Source: a virus
Taxonomy: Duplodnaviria > Caudoviricetes
Length of the DNA: 64,000 bases
Virus record (IMG/VR): IMGVR_UViG_3300027983_002389
Strand: one strand, 5' to 3'
How positions within the stretch are numbered: position 1 is the stretch's first letter; each line of letters starts with the position of its first letter. Position numbers and translations under genes: made by a program. Positions 18,486-28,071 of the stretch are shown here, one piece after another. A model generated the notes under the pieces. The model made no database searches. It was not told the DNA's origin and saw only the letters and a list, made by a program, of their open reading frames with translations.

Positions 18486-19100
18486 ATGTCATTAGCACAG
18501 AGAAAAGTCTTAGTTTTGAACAAGTCGTGGACTGCCATTGGCGTCGTTACGTTGGAGAAGGCACTCAAAAAAGTCGCTGGAACCTACAAAGACGGCACGC
18601 CGAAGGCACGCATCATCGACGCACTTCACGACTTTGCTATGCTGACCTGGGATGATTGGGCCAAACTCCGTCCAGATGAAAACGAGCCAGCAATGCGTTC
18701 TGTGAACGCATTGTTCCGTATTCCTGAAGTTATCCAATACACTCGGTACGACAAGCTGCCGACGCAGAAGGTCCACTACAACCGTAGAACCATCTATCGT
18801 CGTGACGGCAACCTCTGTCAGTATTGTGGAAAGCAAAAGCCGGGCAGCGAATTGTCGTTGGACCACGTTGTCCCACGATGCCAAGGTGGTTTGACCACTT
18901 GGGAAAATATCGTTGTGGCTTGCACCGACTGCAATGCAAAGAAGGCAGGTCGTACTCCGAAGGAAGCTAACATGAAGTTGCTCTCTGTGCCTAAGAGGCC
19001 AAAGCACAACTTCTTTCCTGGTGATATTCGGGTTAAGTCCTGGGAGTCATTTCTCGGTGAAGCGTACTGGCTCACAGAGCTACAACACGACGGCGACTAG
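18486..19100 (+). CDS. HNH endonuclease (McrA-like)
   Basis: VLVLN, RD...CQYCG, LDHVVP...GG..WENIV.AC..CN. Confidence 0.92.
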   Translation: MSLAQRKVLVLNKSWTAIGVVTLEKALKKVAGTYKDGTPKARIIDALHDFAMLTWDDWAKLRPDENEPAMRSVNALFRIPEVIQYTRYDKLPTQKVHYNRRTIYRRDGNLCQYCGKQKPGSELSLDHVVPRCQGGLTTWENIVVACTDCNAKKAGRTPKEANMKLLSVPKRPKHNFFPGDIRVKSWESFLGEAYWLTELQHDGD

Positions 19101-19173
19101 ATGCCTGTGGATTAAACAAAAGCCTTTGGCGTGTGGCGACATGCGACAAAGGCTTTTTTTGTCGGAGTCACAA

Positions 19174-19569
19174 ATGTTCAATGTTGAGTACATGACGAAC
19201 AATTACCGGACATTAGAAGCACTACGACATGAGTTTGGCATCAAGCATGGTTTTTGTTACAAGCGGGCGCAACATTACAAAGACTGCATTGTCATCCATT
19301 GGAAGCATCGAAAAAAGCGATCCGACAAGAGCTTTATTGACTATGAACGCATCAGCGACTACGTTGCTGTGGCTCATGCGGTGTGTGACAAATACGAACT
19401 GCGGGACGATAGGCATCCCTTGTTAGATCCCGATTTGATGTTGGCTAAGATCGGCATCTATTGTTTTATTTCCTGGCATCGTACTTGGGCAATTCCCAAT
19501 GTCAACAAAGACGTGCAAGATTTCGTCTTGAGTAAACTGCCCGATTGGGCTGAGGTAAGACACAAATGA
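19174..19569 (+). CDS. hypothetical protein
   Basis: GGAG SD; ATGA coupling to argS. Confidence 0.5.
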   Translation: MFNVEYMTNNYRTLEALRHEFGIKHGFCYKRAQHYKDCIVIHWKHRKKRSDKSFIDYERISDYVAVAHAVCDKYELRDDRHPLLDPDLMLAKIGIYCFISWHRTWAIPNVNKDVQDFVLSKLPDWAEVRHK

Positions 19570-20789
19570 TTCGTCCAATCCCACTCGCTCATGGCGTCGG
19601 GTTTTTCTCAATGGATCGTTTGCCGCAATATGCTGGCAAGTATCGTGAGGAAAATGTGGGTCGCTATTGGAACTACTATGTCACGCCAGAGTGCCAAGAG
19701 TGGCCAGAGGCGGTGACGTACAAAGGTCCGTATGTGATTGACGGGTTTTCCCCCAATCTCAATAAGAGCCTGCACGTCGGGCATCTACGTCAATTGGCTT
19801 TGGCAAAGTCTTTGGAGAGCATTATGAACCATGCTCAACAAAATCCTCACGCCAAGTTTGTATCCCTATTGGGCGCATCTCAGGGAGTTTTTCAATACGC
19901 TACTGAGCAACTGAATGGTTGGTTCGACTTCTTGAACTTCCATCCTGAATTGCACTATGACGTATTGATGCCACGAGATCAGGAGATCGTTCCTCGTTAC
20001 AAAACCAAGGTGCCAGTCTCTATCTCAACTGACTTTAACGGTAAGCCTTTTGAACATGAGGAAGAGTGTGAAGTGTGGGCCGGTCCCAAAGGGCCTGTGA
20101 TCGTCGTTCGTTGGGATGGTCGTCCTTTGTATGCCTTTCAGGACATTGCCTTCTCGAAGGTGGTGGGTCCAACTCACTACATCACTGGCACGGAGCAGCA
20201 GGAGCATTTTGCCAACCTGGGGCTTGGCGATAAACATCTGCCTATGGGTCTTGTATTGGGTGCTGACGGCAAGAAGATGAAGTCTCGTACTGGCGATAGT
20301 GTCACAGCTAAAGAAGTATTGGATCAGATTGTTTCTCAGCTTGATCCAACAGATGAACCGAACAAGCTGGCGTGGAATGTATTGGCGTGGAATTTTCTTC
20401 ACGTCGCTCGTTCCAAGTCGGTGAAGTATACCCCGGAAGAATGGACAAAGTCGGATGCTCCGGGCATGTATATTTCGTATACTTATGCTCGCATTCAATC
20501 GGCTTTGGCTGGAGAGTCTTTTGAAGAAGGCGATCTGACACAATCAGATGCAGATTTGTTGGGCTTGGCTCGTCAGCACGCCTACGCCTTGCAGCGTAGC
20601 ATTGATTCTCTCGATCCGGCAATGTTGGCAAATTACGCTTACGATCTGGCATCCAAGCTGGGTACGGCATATCATGGGGAAAAGATCAAGGGTGGACGCC
20701 CAGGCTTTAAGAACGCCTTGATGCAAGCGGTGTGGCATCTTCGTTTGTGTATGCACCAACTTGGCATGTTTCCTTTGGAGAAGATTTAA
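19566..20789 (+). CDS. argS: arginyl-tRNA synthetase, reduced (407 aa)
   Basis: SPNLNKSLHVGHLR, EQ..HF, KKMKSRTG, Y..YTYARI (DALR domain). Confidence 0.88.
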   Translation: MIRPIPLAHGVGFFSMDRLPQYAGKYREENVGRYWNYYVTPECQEWPEAVTYKGPYVIDGFSPNLNKSLHVGHLRQLALAKSLESIMNHAQQNPHAKFVSLLGASQGVFQYATEQLNGWFDFLNFHPELHYDVLMPRDQEIVPRYKTKVPVSISTDFNGKPFEHEEECEVWAGPKGPVIVVRWDGRPLYAFQDIAFSKVVGPTHYITGTEQQEHFANLGLGDKHLPMGLVLGADGKKMKSRTGDSVTAKEVLDQIVSQLDPTDEPNKLAWNVLAWNFLHVARSKSVKYTPEEWTKSDAPGMYISYTYARIQSALAGESFEEGDLTQSDADLLGLARQHAYALQRSIDSLDPAMLANYAYDLASKLGTAYHGEKIKGGRPGFKNALMQAVWHLRLCMHQLGMFPLEKI

Positions 20790-21121
20790 TGGATGCTGAA
20801 CAACGTGAATCCGATCAGCGAGCTATTGCCACTGAAAGGAAAATGACTGACTCTGATTTTCTTCAGACTATGGCTCGCATGGATTTGTTGATCGACCATG
20901 AACCCGACACTACTTGCGGCATGTGCCATCACCAATTCGTGATGGCACAGGTCGCTCGTGATATGATCGCTGCGGGTGAGACGGACGACGTTATCAAGAA
21001 GTGGTCCGAAGTAGCTGAAAGTCGTTGGCGGTCGTCCAAATTTGTCCAGCTTTGGAATGAAGCTGTTGCCGATAACAAAGACCCTAATACAGTCTTTGAG
21101 GAACGTGGTTGGGAGCCTTAA
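20789..21121 (+). CDS. hypothetical protein
   Basis: TAATG coupling; CGMCH. Confidence 0.6.
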   Translation: MDAEQRESDQRAIATERKMTDSDFLQTMARMDLLIDHEPDTTCGMCHHQFVMAQVARDMIAAGETDDVIKKWSEVAESRWRSSKFVQLWNEAVADNKDPNTVFEERGWEP

Positions 21122-21122
21122 A

Positions 21123-21662
21123 ATGTCAATCGAAGAAGGTCCGTGGACTCCAAAGCCTCTGATCATGACCATTGAGTCATTGGTTGCCTATGGCTTCAAA
21201 GAATGGCCTGTCAATCAACATGATAAACATGATCGCAATTGGCAGTTTTGCAAAAGAGACGAGCGGGGAAAGAAGCTCTTTGTGACGATTCAATTATGGG
21301 CATTTAGCAAATACAGTAATGCTGATCGAAAGGTTGAAGATTCTTTCGCCGCCGATTCTAGCTTTGACATGAATGGACCCAAAACATTCAATGTCAACAC
21401 AAACGTTAATTACATGACGCCTGCTCAAGTTGTCGAATGGTTTGAGCGTATGCACACCATAATGGGGTGTACATATTATGAACTATATGCTGATGAGCAA
21501 TATAATGAAGATGGCGAAAAAACTTCATTCAATTGTGATGAATGTGGAATATATTTGCCCCCTGAAGATGCAGTTGCTCCATTTCTTTGTCCTAGTTGCA
21601 AGTACCAGAAGGACACTGGCTTTAAGCAAGTGACTCGTCGCTTTCGTCCTAAACGTCGATAA
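21123..21662 (+). CDS. hypothetical protein with C-terminal Zn ribbon
   Basis: CDEC...CPSC. Confidence 0.6.
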   Translation: MSIEEGPWTPKPLIMTIESLVAYGFKEWPVNQHDKHDRNWQFCKRDERGKKLFVTIQLWAFSKYSNADRKVEDSFAADSSFDMNGPKTFNVNTNVNYMTPAQVVEWFERMHTIMGCTYYELYADEQYNEDGEKTSFNCDECGIYLPPEDAVAPFLCPSCKYQKDTGFKQVTRRFRPKRR

Positions 21663-22222
21663 ATCGTTCGTAGCCTTCTTGTCGATGTATTAGTGTTTGC
21701 TTGTGGACTATTTCGATTTCATCTTTTACAAGATCGCTTTTGATGAAAATCAGATCATGGCCAACATATTCCACCAAAGTATATCCTTTGTGTTTTCCTA
21801 GTTTTCTCATTGCTTCAAACGAAGCACCATATGCTACATCTCCTGTCCATCTGTGTTCAGAGTCGTATTTCAGAGCTACGCATTCTGTGGTGAAATTAGC
21901 GTTGAATTCAATGATTACCATTCTTGGATTGTGATTTAACGCTTTCCATACCGATAGATAAAAGATCAAATTCGGGTGGTATTTTATATTTTGAAAATAT
22001 ATCGTTTATGTTTTCTTGGTTGATCGCTTCTTGATGCACGTCATTTGAAGCGACCAAATCAAATTGGATTAACGACCATCCTAATGACTCAAACATTCGT
22101 ATATTTGAATATTCCCAGCCATCGGCAGCACCAAACTCAACAGCTATTTTGTTTGTAGTGCCGATTTTATCGAACCATTTTTGGGATAATAAATCTAGGT
22201 TTGATCTCGAATAACTTTTCAT
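21649..22222 (-). pseudogene. frameshifted FkbM-related methyltransferase-like gene
   Basis: VEFGAADG..SN and FDLLSI in one frame; WKAL..P..VIIEFN and YGAS in another; the expected DIDGND segment is missing at about 21950. Confidence 0.7.
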
Positions 22223-22297
22223 TTTCCGCCCTTTACAAAAACTTTTTTTCATGCTATGATAGATAAGTTCAGCAAACCTTTTTTTGGAGAAACTACT

Positions 22298-23165
22298 GTG
22301 AGTAAGAGCAAGACTAAGCACAAAATGTACGCAACTGGCAGCACTGGCAGCACTGGCAGCACTGGCAGCACTGGCAGCACTGGCAGCACTGGCAGCACTG
22401 GCAACAACTCGGCGTCGGGCTGTCTTTAGCAATCCAACCACTCTCCTCCTCGAACTTCATGGCGGGGAAGGCGGCGAAGATTCTAAGTTATTCGTTGCCG
22501 ATTTACTTGAAACCTATCTCAAATATGCTTCCATCAACGGCCTTAAATACGAAGTATTGACCCAAGAGCATGGCCACGCCATTGCCAAAGTCATGGGCAA
22601 GGGCGTTTGGAAAGCATTTCAAAACGAGCCGGGTAAGCACGTCGTGCAACGTGTACCTCCCACTGAGCGAAGTGGTCGTCGGCAAACATCCATCATTACG
22701 GTTGCTGTGATGCCGTTGCCTCCTGAGAACACTCAGGAGCCGCTTGATGAAAAAGACCTGAATATTATCTGCCAGACGGGCAAGCAAGGCGCAGGTGGAC
22801 AAAACGTCAACAAGGTGGCGTCTGCTGTTCGCATGAAGCATAAGCCAACTGGAATGATGGTCTTCATTAACGGACGAGATCAAAAGCAAAATCTTGATGA
22901 GGCTTTGCGAATTCTGACCTTCAAAGTCAATGAGCAAAAACGACTCAAGGTCGAGGGTGATTACAATCAGTCTCGGAGAACTCAAATGTTGAGTGGTGGA
23001 GACAGAATTGGCGGTAGAGGCGATAAAGTTCGCACCTACAACTTCATTCAGTCTCGTGTGGTCGATCACAGGCTTGGTCGCAAGACCTCGAACGTCAAAG
23101 AATTCATGAAAGGCAATTTTGCCCTTCTGTTTGATGGGGATACCGCAGGTCAGGGCGAAGAGTAA
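22298..23165 (+). CDS. prfA: RF1-type peptide chain release factor lacking domain 1; predicted +1 frameshift at CTT-TAG-C (22424-22430)
   Basis: LELHGGEGGEDSKLF, VQRVPPTE (PxT), GAGGQNVNK, RTYNF; leader ORF 22298-22429 with GGAG SD stops at TAG and the RF body is in the +1 frame. Confidence 0.85.
22334..22403 (+). repeat. 9-bp tandem repeat (ACTGGCAGC)x7 plus partial unit, encoding (TGS)n in the RF leader
   Basis: Read directly from sequence. Confidence 0.95.
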
Positions 23166-23262
23166 TTTGTAAAATTTCGTGGTAGCTTAATTTTAGCTTA
23201 ATTGAGCCGATCTAATGAGCCGATCTACGGATAGATCGGCTCATTTTGTTCCTATATAACAC

Positions 23263-24027
23263 ATGCTTAATTTCAAATCCTGGTTGGAAGGTTCTTTAAG
23301 GGACATTATTCAGCCCATTCAGCAATCTCCAAAACATCACGCAGAGGGTGATGTTTTTGTCCATACTCGCATGGTGCGTCAACAGCTTCAATCTGCTATT
23401 GCTTATTTTCAGCAATTGGCTGTGGACAAAGATTCAGTTTTTGGAAACTTAGACAGACAACTATCACCAGCAGATGTAAATCTATTGAGAATTGGAGCAT
23501 GGCTACACGATATTGGCAAAGCATCGGCGACGACAGATGATTCTGGTAAAATCCAAGCAATTGGACATGAACAGCCTGCTCATTTTGAGCCTATGATGAA
23601 AAAACTAGGCTCACCTTGGCAGCAGATGTATGAAAAGGCATCTGCTGAAGACAAAGAAGACTTGTGGTTCATAATCCAGCAACACATGAGCCTTCAGCCG
23701 CATTTTCCACGCAAATTTTTGCGTCAACTCCTGGATGCTACTGGTAAATTCAAAAATGATCGTCGAGTCAAATTATTGTTGATTTTAATCATGATGGACC
23801 AATCTGGCAGAATTAGTCTGGGAGGACTCAATGGCGATGCGGCCCTTCCTGAAATAGCTGGCAGGATGCGACAATCTGCGATGGACTTTCAATCTACAAT
23901 CAAACCACAGAAAGAAAAGTCATCTGATGATCCAACCACATTTGCCAATGATTTGATGACGAAGGGATTGGACCAAGGAACAATACGCAAGGCGTATTTT
24001 GGCAAGTTTGGACAAAACATGCAGTAA
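23263..24027 (+). CDS. HD-domain phosphohydrolase
   Basis: Q.P.HHAEGDVFVHT, WLHDIGK, GHE, QHM, MD. Confidence 0.8.
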   Translation: MLNFKSWLEGSLRDIIQPIQQSPKHHAEGDVFVHTRMVRQQLQSAIAYFQQLAVDKDSVFGNLDRQLSPADVNLLRIGAWLHDIGKASATTDDSGKIQAIGHEQPAHFEPMMKKLGSPWQQMYEKASAEDKEDLWFIIQQHMSLQPHFPRKFLRQLLDATGKFKNDRRVKLLLILIMMDQSGRISLGGLNGDAALPEIAGRMRQSAMDFQSTIKPQKEKSSDDPTTFANDLMTKGLDQGTIRKAYFGKFGQNMQ

Positions 24028-24066
24028 CACACTCCTTTGATTTTACCAGCTTCAAAGGAGCATATT

Positions 24067-24375
24067 ATGTGGTTAGAATTAGGCAAAGAACGACCGGGCG
24101 GTGTCCCTCAGAACAATCCACGAATTTGGGTCAACACAGACCATATTGTTCGTGTAGAATTTACCCAAGAAGGTCCAATGTTGACCGCTACGGTTATTTC
24201 AACGAAACCGGGTGGTTCAGATCGCACGATCTTCAAGGGCGACGATGCAGAGCGATTGAGACTGGCATTAAATGTTGAGTGCAATTGGAAGCCATTGCTC
24301 GACTATGAAATTCCAGCAGCCCCAGAATCAGTGCCGGTGGTTGTAGAAAAGAAGCCGAACAAAAAGACCAAGTAA
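24067..24375 (+). CDS. hypothetical protein
   Basis: AAGGAG SD; WVNTDHIVRVE. Confidence 0.6.
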   Translation: MWLELGKERPGGVPQNNPRIWVNTDHIVRVEFTQEGPMLTATVISTKPGGSDRTIFKGDDAERLRLALNVECNWKPLLDYEIPAAPESVPVVVEKKPNKKTK

Positions 24376-24386
24376 GGGAATCGGAC

Positions 24387-25559
24387 ATGAACTGGTTGAG
24401 TACAATTCTGGCCTTGGGCGGTATTTTTTTCGGGGTTTGGGCCGTCTTCAAATACCTGATCTTGGTCGAGATCAGGTTGGACGCCAACACCTACAAGACT
24501 CTCTACGAGGTCTGCAAAGACGAAAAGAAGTTCCTCCTCCGTGAAGAGTTCGTCAGCGAGTCCAAGCCGCCAATCTTATTCGTAGCGATATGCGTATTCA
24601 AAGGCGTCCCGTTGTTCTACATCAAACACGAGGAGCGACTGCTGACGGCAGGCTGGTCGGGCAAGGATACCGTGACCACCGTGGTCTGCTTCCGGTGGTC
24701 GGCGGGCCGTCTGAAGGGGTACTTGCGGACCAAGCTGAAGGAACTCCAACTCGACAAGTTGGGCATCCCGGTCGAACTCATCACCCCCAACTTCACCGAC
24801 CGAATCGGCGTGTTGAAACGGATCACTCCACAACCCTACCTCGCTTCAGACGTGTGGCAAGACATCGACGTGGAAGTGGCGCAAGTGTTCGAGGGAAAGC
24901 GGGACAAGATGAGCGCCCTGCTTTATGGGCCTCCCGGCAACGGCAAGACTTCGTTTATCAAATATCTGGCGACTAAATATCGTAAGCCGATCAAGGTCAT
25001 TACCTTCGACCCGCAGTTCACAAACCACGACCTGATGTCGATTTTCTCTCAGATCACGCCGAACTGTATCGTTTTGTTCGAGGATTTCGACAACTACTTC
25101 AATGGACGGGAGTGCATCCTGGGTACGGGCAACACGGGGATTCGATTCACCTTCGACATCATCCTCAACGGCCTCGACGGAGTTTATACGACCTACGAAA
25201 ACGTCGTCTTCATCATGACAGTCAACGACATCGAGAAGGTCGATCCGGCCTTGAAAAATCGCCCCAGCCGGTTCAAGTACGTTCGCAAGTTCGACAACCC
25301 CGACGAAGGACTTCGAGGCCAGATTCTCGGCGATTGGGCCGAGGCCACCAACGGGTTGAACTTGGATCAACTATTGCGACTGCGTGAATTCAAGGAGAAT
25401 GACTTTGATCTCCCCGCCGCACTGAAGAAGCTGGAGAAGTCGATCAAGCACGAGGACATCGAAAAGGTGGCGTATCGCCGGTACGAGGAGCGGCTGCTTA
25501 CCGAGACTGAAGGCAGTCACGAGGACGACTGGAACTACGCCAAGAACCGACTTAAATAA
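24387..25559 (+). CDS. BCS1-like AAA+ ATPase with N-terminal TM and C-terminal DUF2934-like tail
   Basis: LLYGPPGNGKT, VLFEDFD, LNGLDG, DPALKNRPSRF. Confidence 0.85.
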   Translation: MNWLSTILALGGIFFGVWAVFKYLILVEIRLDANTYKTLYEVCKDEKKFLLREEFVSESKPPILFVAICVFKGVPLFYIKHEERLLTAGWSGKDTVTTVVCFRWSAGRLKGYLRTKLKELQLDKLGIPVELITPNFTDRIGVLKRITPQPYLASDVWQDIDVEVAQVFEGKRDKMSALLYGPPGNGKTSFIKYLATKYRKPIKVITFDPQFTNHDLMSIFSQITPNCIVLFEDFDNYFNGRECILGTGNTGIRFTFDIILNGLDGVYTTYENVVFIMTVNDIEKVDPALKNRPSRFKYVRKFDNPDEGLRGQILGDWAEATNGLNLDQLLRLREFKENDFDLPAALKKLEKSIKHEDIEKVAYRRYEERLLTETEGSHEDDWNYAKNRLK

Positions 25560-25568
25560 GGACGAACT

Positions 25569-26495
25569 ATGAGCAACGTAATCAAAGAGCTATACGACAA
25601 GGGGCTGACCAACCTGGGAGGACACCGTTGGATGCCGGATAATCTCCATTATGTGACCATGATGGGATCAGTCGCCTATGGAGTATCGAGCGACACGTCA
25701 GATGTAGACGTTTACTCGTTTTGTATTCCTAACAAGGAAGACTTATTTCCACATCTTCGTGGTGAGGTCGTAGGTTTTGGCGATGCAAAACATGCCAACA
25801 ACCGATTTACCAATTATCAAGAACACCACATTAAAGACGTTGGTGCCGAGAAAGAATACGATCTCAACATCTACAACATTGTTGACTTCTTTCAATTGGT
25901 AATGGAAAACAATCCCAATATGATTGACTCTCTGTTTACTCCTCAGTGGTGTGTATTGCACAGCACTAGAGTTGGTCAGATGGTCCGTGAAAAGAGGAAG
26001 ATTTTTCTTCATCTAGGAAGCTGGCACACTTTTAAGGGATACGCATATAATCAACTGAAGAAGTGTGGCTCTAAGAATAGAACCGGGAAACGTAAGCAAG
26101 TGGTAGACGAGATGGGCTTCGACCCTAAGTTTGCTTACCATATTGTGAGAAACCTGGGAGAAATCGAACAGATTCTCACTGAGGGCGATCTGGACCTTCA
26201 GCGAAACAGAGAGCAATTGAAAGCTATTCGCCGTGGGGATTGGTCGCTTGAACAAATCGAAGAATATTTTGAGAGGAAAGAAATTGAGTTAGAAACTCTG
26301 TATAATGAAAATAAAGCCGGTCTACCTTGGGGGCCTAAACATGATGGTCTGCAAGAGAAGGTTAAGCAACTTCTCTTTCAGTGCCTCGAAGAACACTACG
26401 GGTCGCTTGACAAATGTATTGTCAATCCAGACGCCGCAGTGATGGCTCTCCGGGAGGTTGGCGATGTTCTCGCAAAGTACAGAAGCCTTCTATGA
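25569..26495 (+). CDS. predicted nucleotidyltransferase (Pol-beta fold, YcgL-like)
   Basis: GSVAYG.....SDVD, NNPN, F.GYA, K.AYH..R. Confidence 0.85.
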   Translation: MSNVIKELYDKGLTNLGGHRWMPDNLHYVTMMGSVAYGVSSDTSDVDVYSFCIPNKEDLFPHLRGEVVGFGDAKHANNRFTNYQEHHIKDVGAEKEYDLNIYNIVDFFQLVMENNPNMIDSLFTPQWCVLHSTRVGQMVREKRKIFLHLGSWHTFKGYAYNQLKKCGSKNRTGKRKQVVDEMGFDPKFAYHIVRNLGEIEQILTEGDLDLQRNREQLKAIRRGDWSLEQIEEYFERKEIELETLYNENKAGLPWGPKHDGLQEKVKQLLFQCLEEHYGSLDKCIVNPDAAVMALREVGDVLAKYRSLL

Positions 26496-27109
26496 AATTT
26501 TCTCCTACCGAAGTTGAAGATTGCACGGTCGTCATGATAGATCGTTATCATGACGACCGTGGGTTTTTTCAAGAACTCTACGAACAAGACAAATACACGC
26601 ACGGAATTAGTTTATTGAATTGGCAACAGACCAATTGGTCTGTCAGCAACAAGAATGTACTTCGTGGCATTCATGTTGCTCAATATGCTAAGTTAGTCAC
26701 ATGCGTCTCAGGCAAAATATGGGACTTGGTTGTTGATCTCCGATCAGGGTCGCCGACATTTTTGAAATATGTTGGTGTAGAATTGACCCCTGATGAACCC
26801 AAGCAGGTATATGTACCGCCAGGGTGTGGTCACGGATTTGTTGCTCTCGAAGACAACACTTCGGTTGTTTACATGCAAACTGGTCGATTTGCTAAAGAAG
26901 GCGAATTGACCGTCATGTACAATGAGCCTAATCTCAAAATACAGTGGCCGGGTGAAGGTCACATTATTTCAAACAGAGATAAAGAAGCGCAGCCACTATG
27001 GTCGTTTCAGTTGTGCGTAGATGCTGAAATGAATTATGCTCAGAACGATCATTTGCAAGCCTGCCTCCGGAAGAACAACAAGATTGGTACGAAAAATATC
27101 CTAGACTAG
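26492..27109 (+). CDS. rfbC: dTDP-4-dehydrorhamnose 3,5-epimerase
   Basis: D.RGFF, VLRGIH, KLV.C..G...D..VDLR..SPTF, PPG.GHGF, S.RD. Confidence 0.9.
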   Translation: MKFSPTEVEDCTVVMIDRYHDDRGFFQELYEQDKYTHGISLLNWQQTNWSVSNKNVLRGIHVAQYAKLVTCVSGKIWDLVVDLRSGSPTFLKYVGVELTPDEPKQVYVPPGCGHGFVALEDNTSVVYMQTGRFAKEGELTVMYNEPNLKIQWPGEGHIISNRDKEAQPLWSFQLCVDAEMNYAQNDHLQACLRKNNKIGTKNILD

Positions 27110-28012
27110 AATAAAGTCAACAAATTGTATTTCTAACACATCTCTTGGAAACGCTGTACCAGCAGCAAGAGCTTTATTTTCGCTTACCTTCCATTGTTCC
27201 TTAATGCGTCTTAGAACAGCAGGCTCGTGAGTGAAGAAAAGTTCCACAGGATGTTTGACTATTTCTTCTTCTGATATTGTCAGTCCTGCTTCCTCGATTA
27301 GTTTTCTATATTCCTTCATGGGATCGAGAATTTTATTGGCATTGGTTTCTTTTAGTCCCATGCCGAACAGTTCATCTGTGCTAAACACCAGATGGAGGTA
27401 GGCTCTGTTCAATTGCTTGTAAAGGTGTGTTCCGTGGCGACTTGTCCAGGGATGGCACCTTAGATAAATTCGACCATTTGGAGCTTTGACTTCATTTGCT
27501 TTGACGAGAATATTCCCGTCTGCATGGTCGATTGCATCATTTATAAGCACAACGTCATATGGGCCATTTTTTTTGATTTCTTCAAAGTCACTACTAAATT
27601 TTAGATTGACAGTATCTTCAAAGTGACTCCAATTCTGCTCTTTATTGGGGTCGTATCCCATAGCGAGTTTCACGCCGACTAAATTGGCGGCAACATAGGG
27701 AACATGCCCTTCTCCACATCCGAAGTCCAATAGTTTCTTGTCGATCAGATCGGTACGGATGAAATCATTCACAATACCAGCAGCACGAGACAATTTGTGA
27801 TCTTCATCATCGCCACAGATGAGGTCTTCAGGAACCGCCAGAGGCCATTTCTCTGACTTGGCGAGTAATCTGAGGGTTGTGATCTCGGTGAGCCTATCAC
27901 GCTCATTTAGGGGCATTGGGGGCGTCTTGAGTTCTTCTTCCAGGAGCGACCGCATGAAGCCTGTCATGTGTTCAAGCGCCCGAAGGTATTCTTTGATTGT
28001 TTTCTGGTCCAT
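27101..28012 (-). CDS. class I SAM-dependent methyltransferase
   Basis: LLDFGCGEG, GYD, DAIDH, HPWTS.HG.HL. Confidence 0.75.
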   Translation of the reverse strand: MDQKTIKEYLRALEHMTGFMRSLLEEELKTPPMPLNERDRLTEITTLRLLAKSEKWPLAVPEDLICGDDEDHKLSRAAGIVNDFIRTDLIDKKLLDFGCGEGHVPYVAANLVGVKLAMGYDPNKEQNWSHFEDTVNLKFSSDFEEIKKNGPYDVVLINDAIDHADGNILVKANEVKAPNGRIYLRCHPWTSRHGTHLYKQLNRAYLHLVFSTDELFGMGLKETNANKILDPMKEYRKLIEEAGLTISEEEIVKHPVELFFTHEPAVLRRIKEQWKVSENKALAAGTAFPRDVLEIQFVDFILV

Positions 28013-28071
28013 GTTTTCTTTCTCTTTAAGACTCTATTAGTTGAGTGACCTTTGCAAAAATTGGAGCGTGA

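Noticed and set aside
22334-22403. CRISPR array
   Set aside because: Head-to-tail 9-mers without spacers; no repeat-spacer array or cas gene anywhere in the window.
21908-22441. Minus-strand ORF with (ASA)n N-terminal extension
   Set aside because: The extension is the antisense reading of the RF leader repeat; the real gene starts at 22222.
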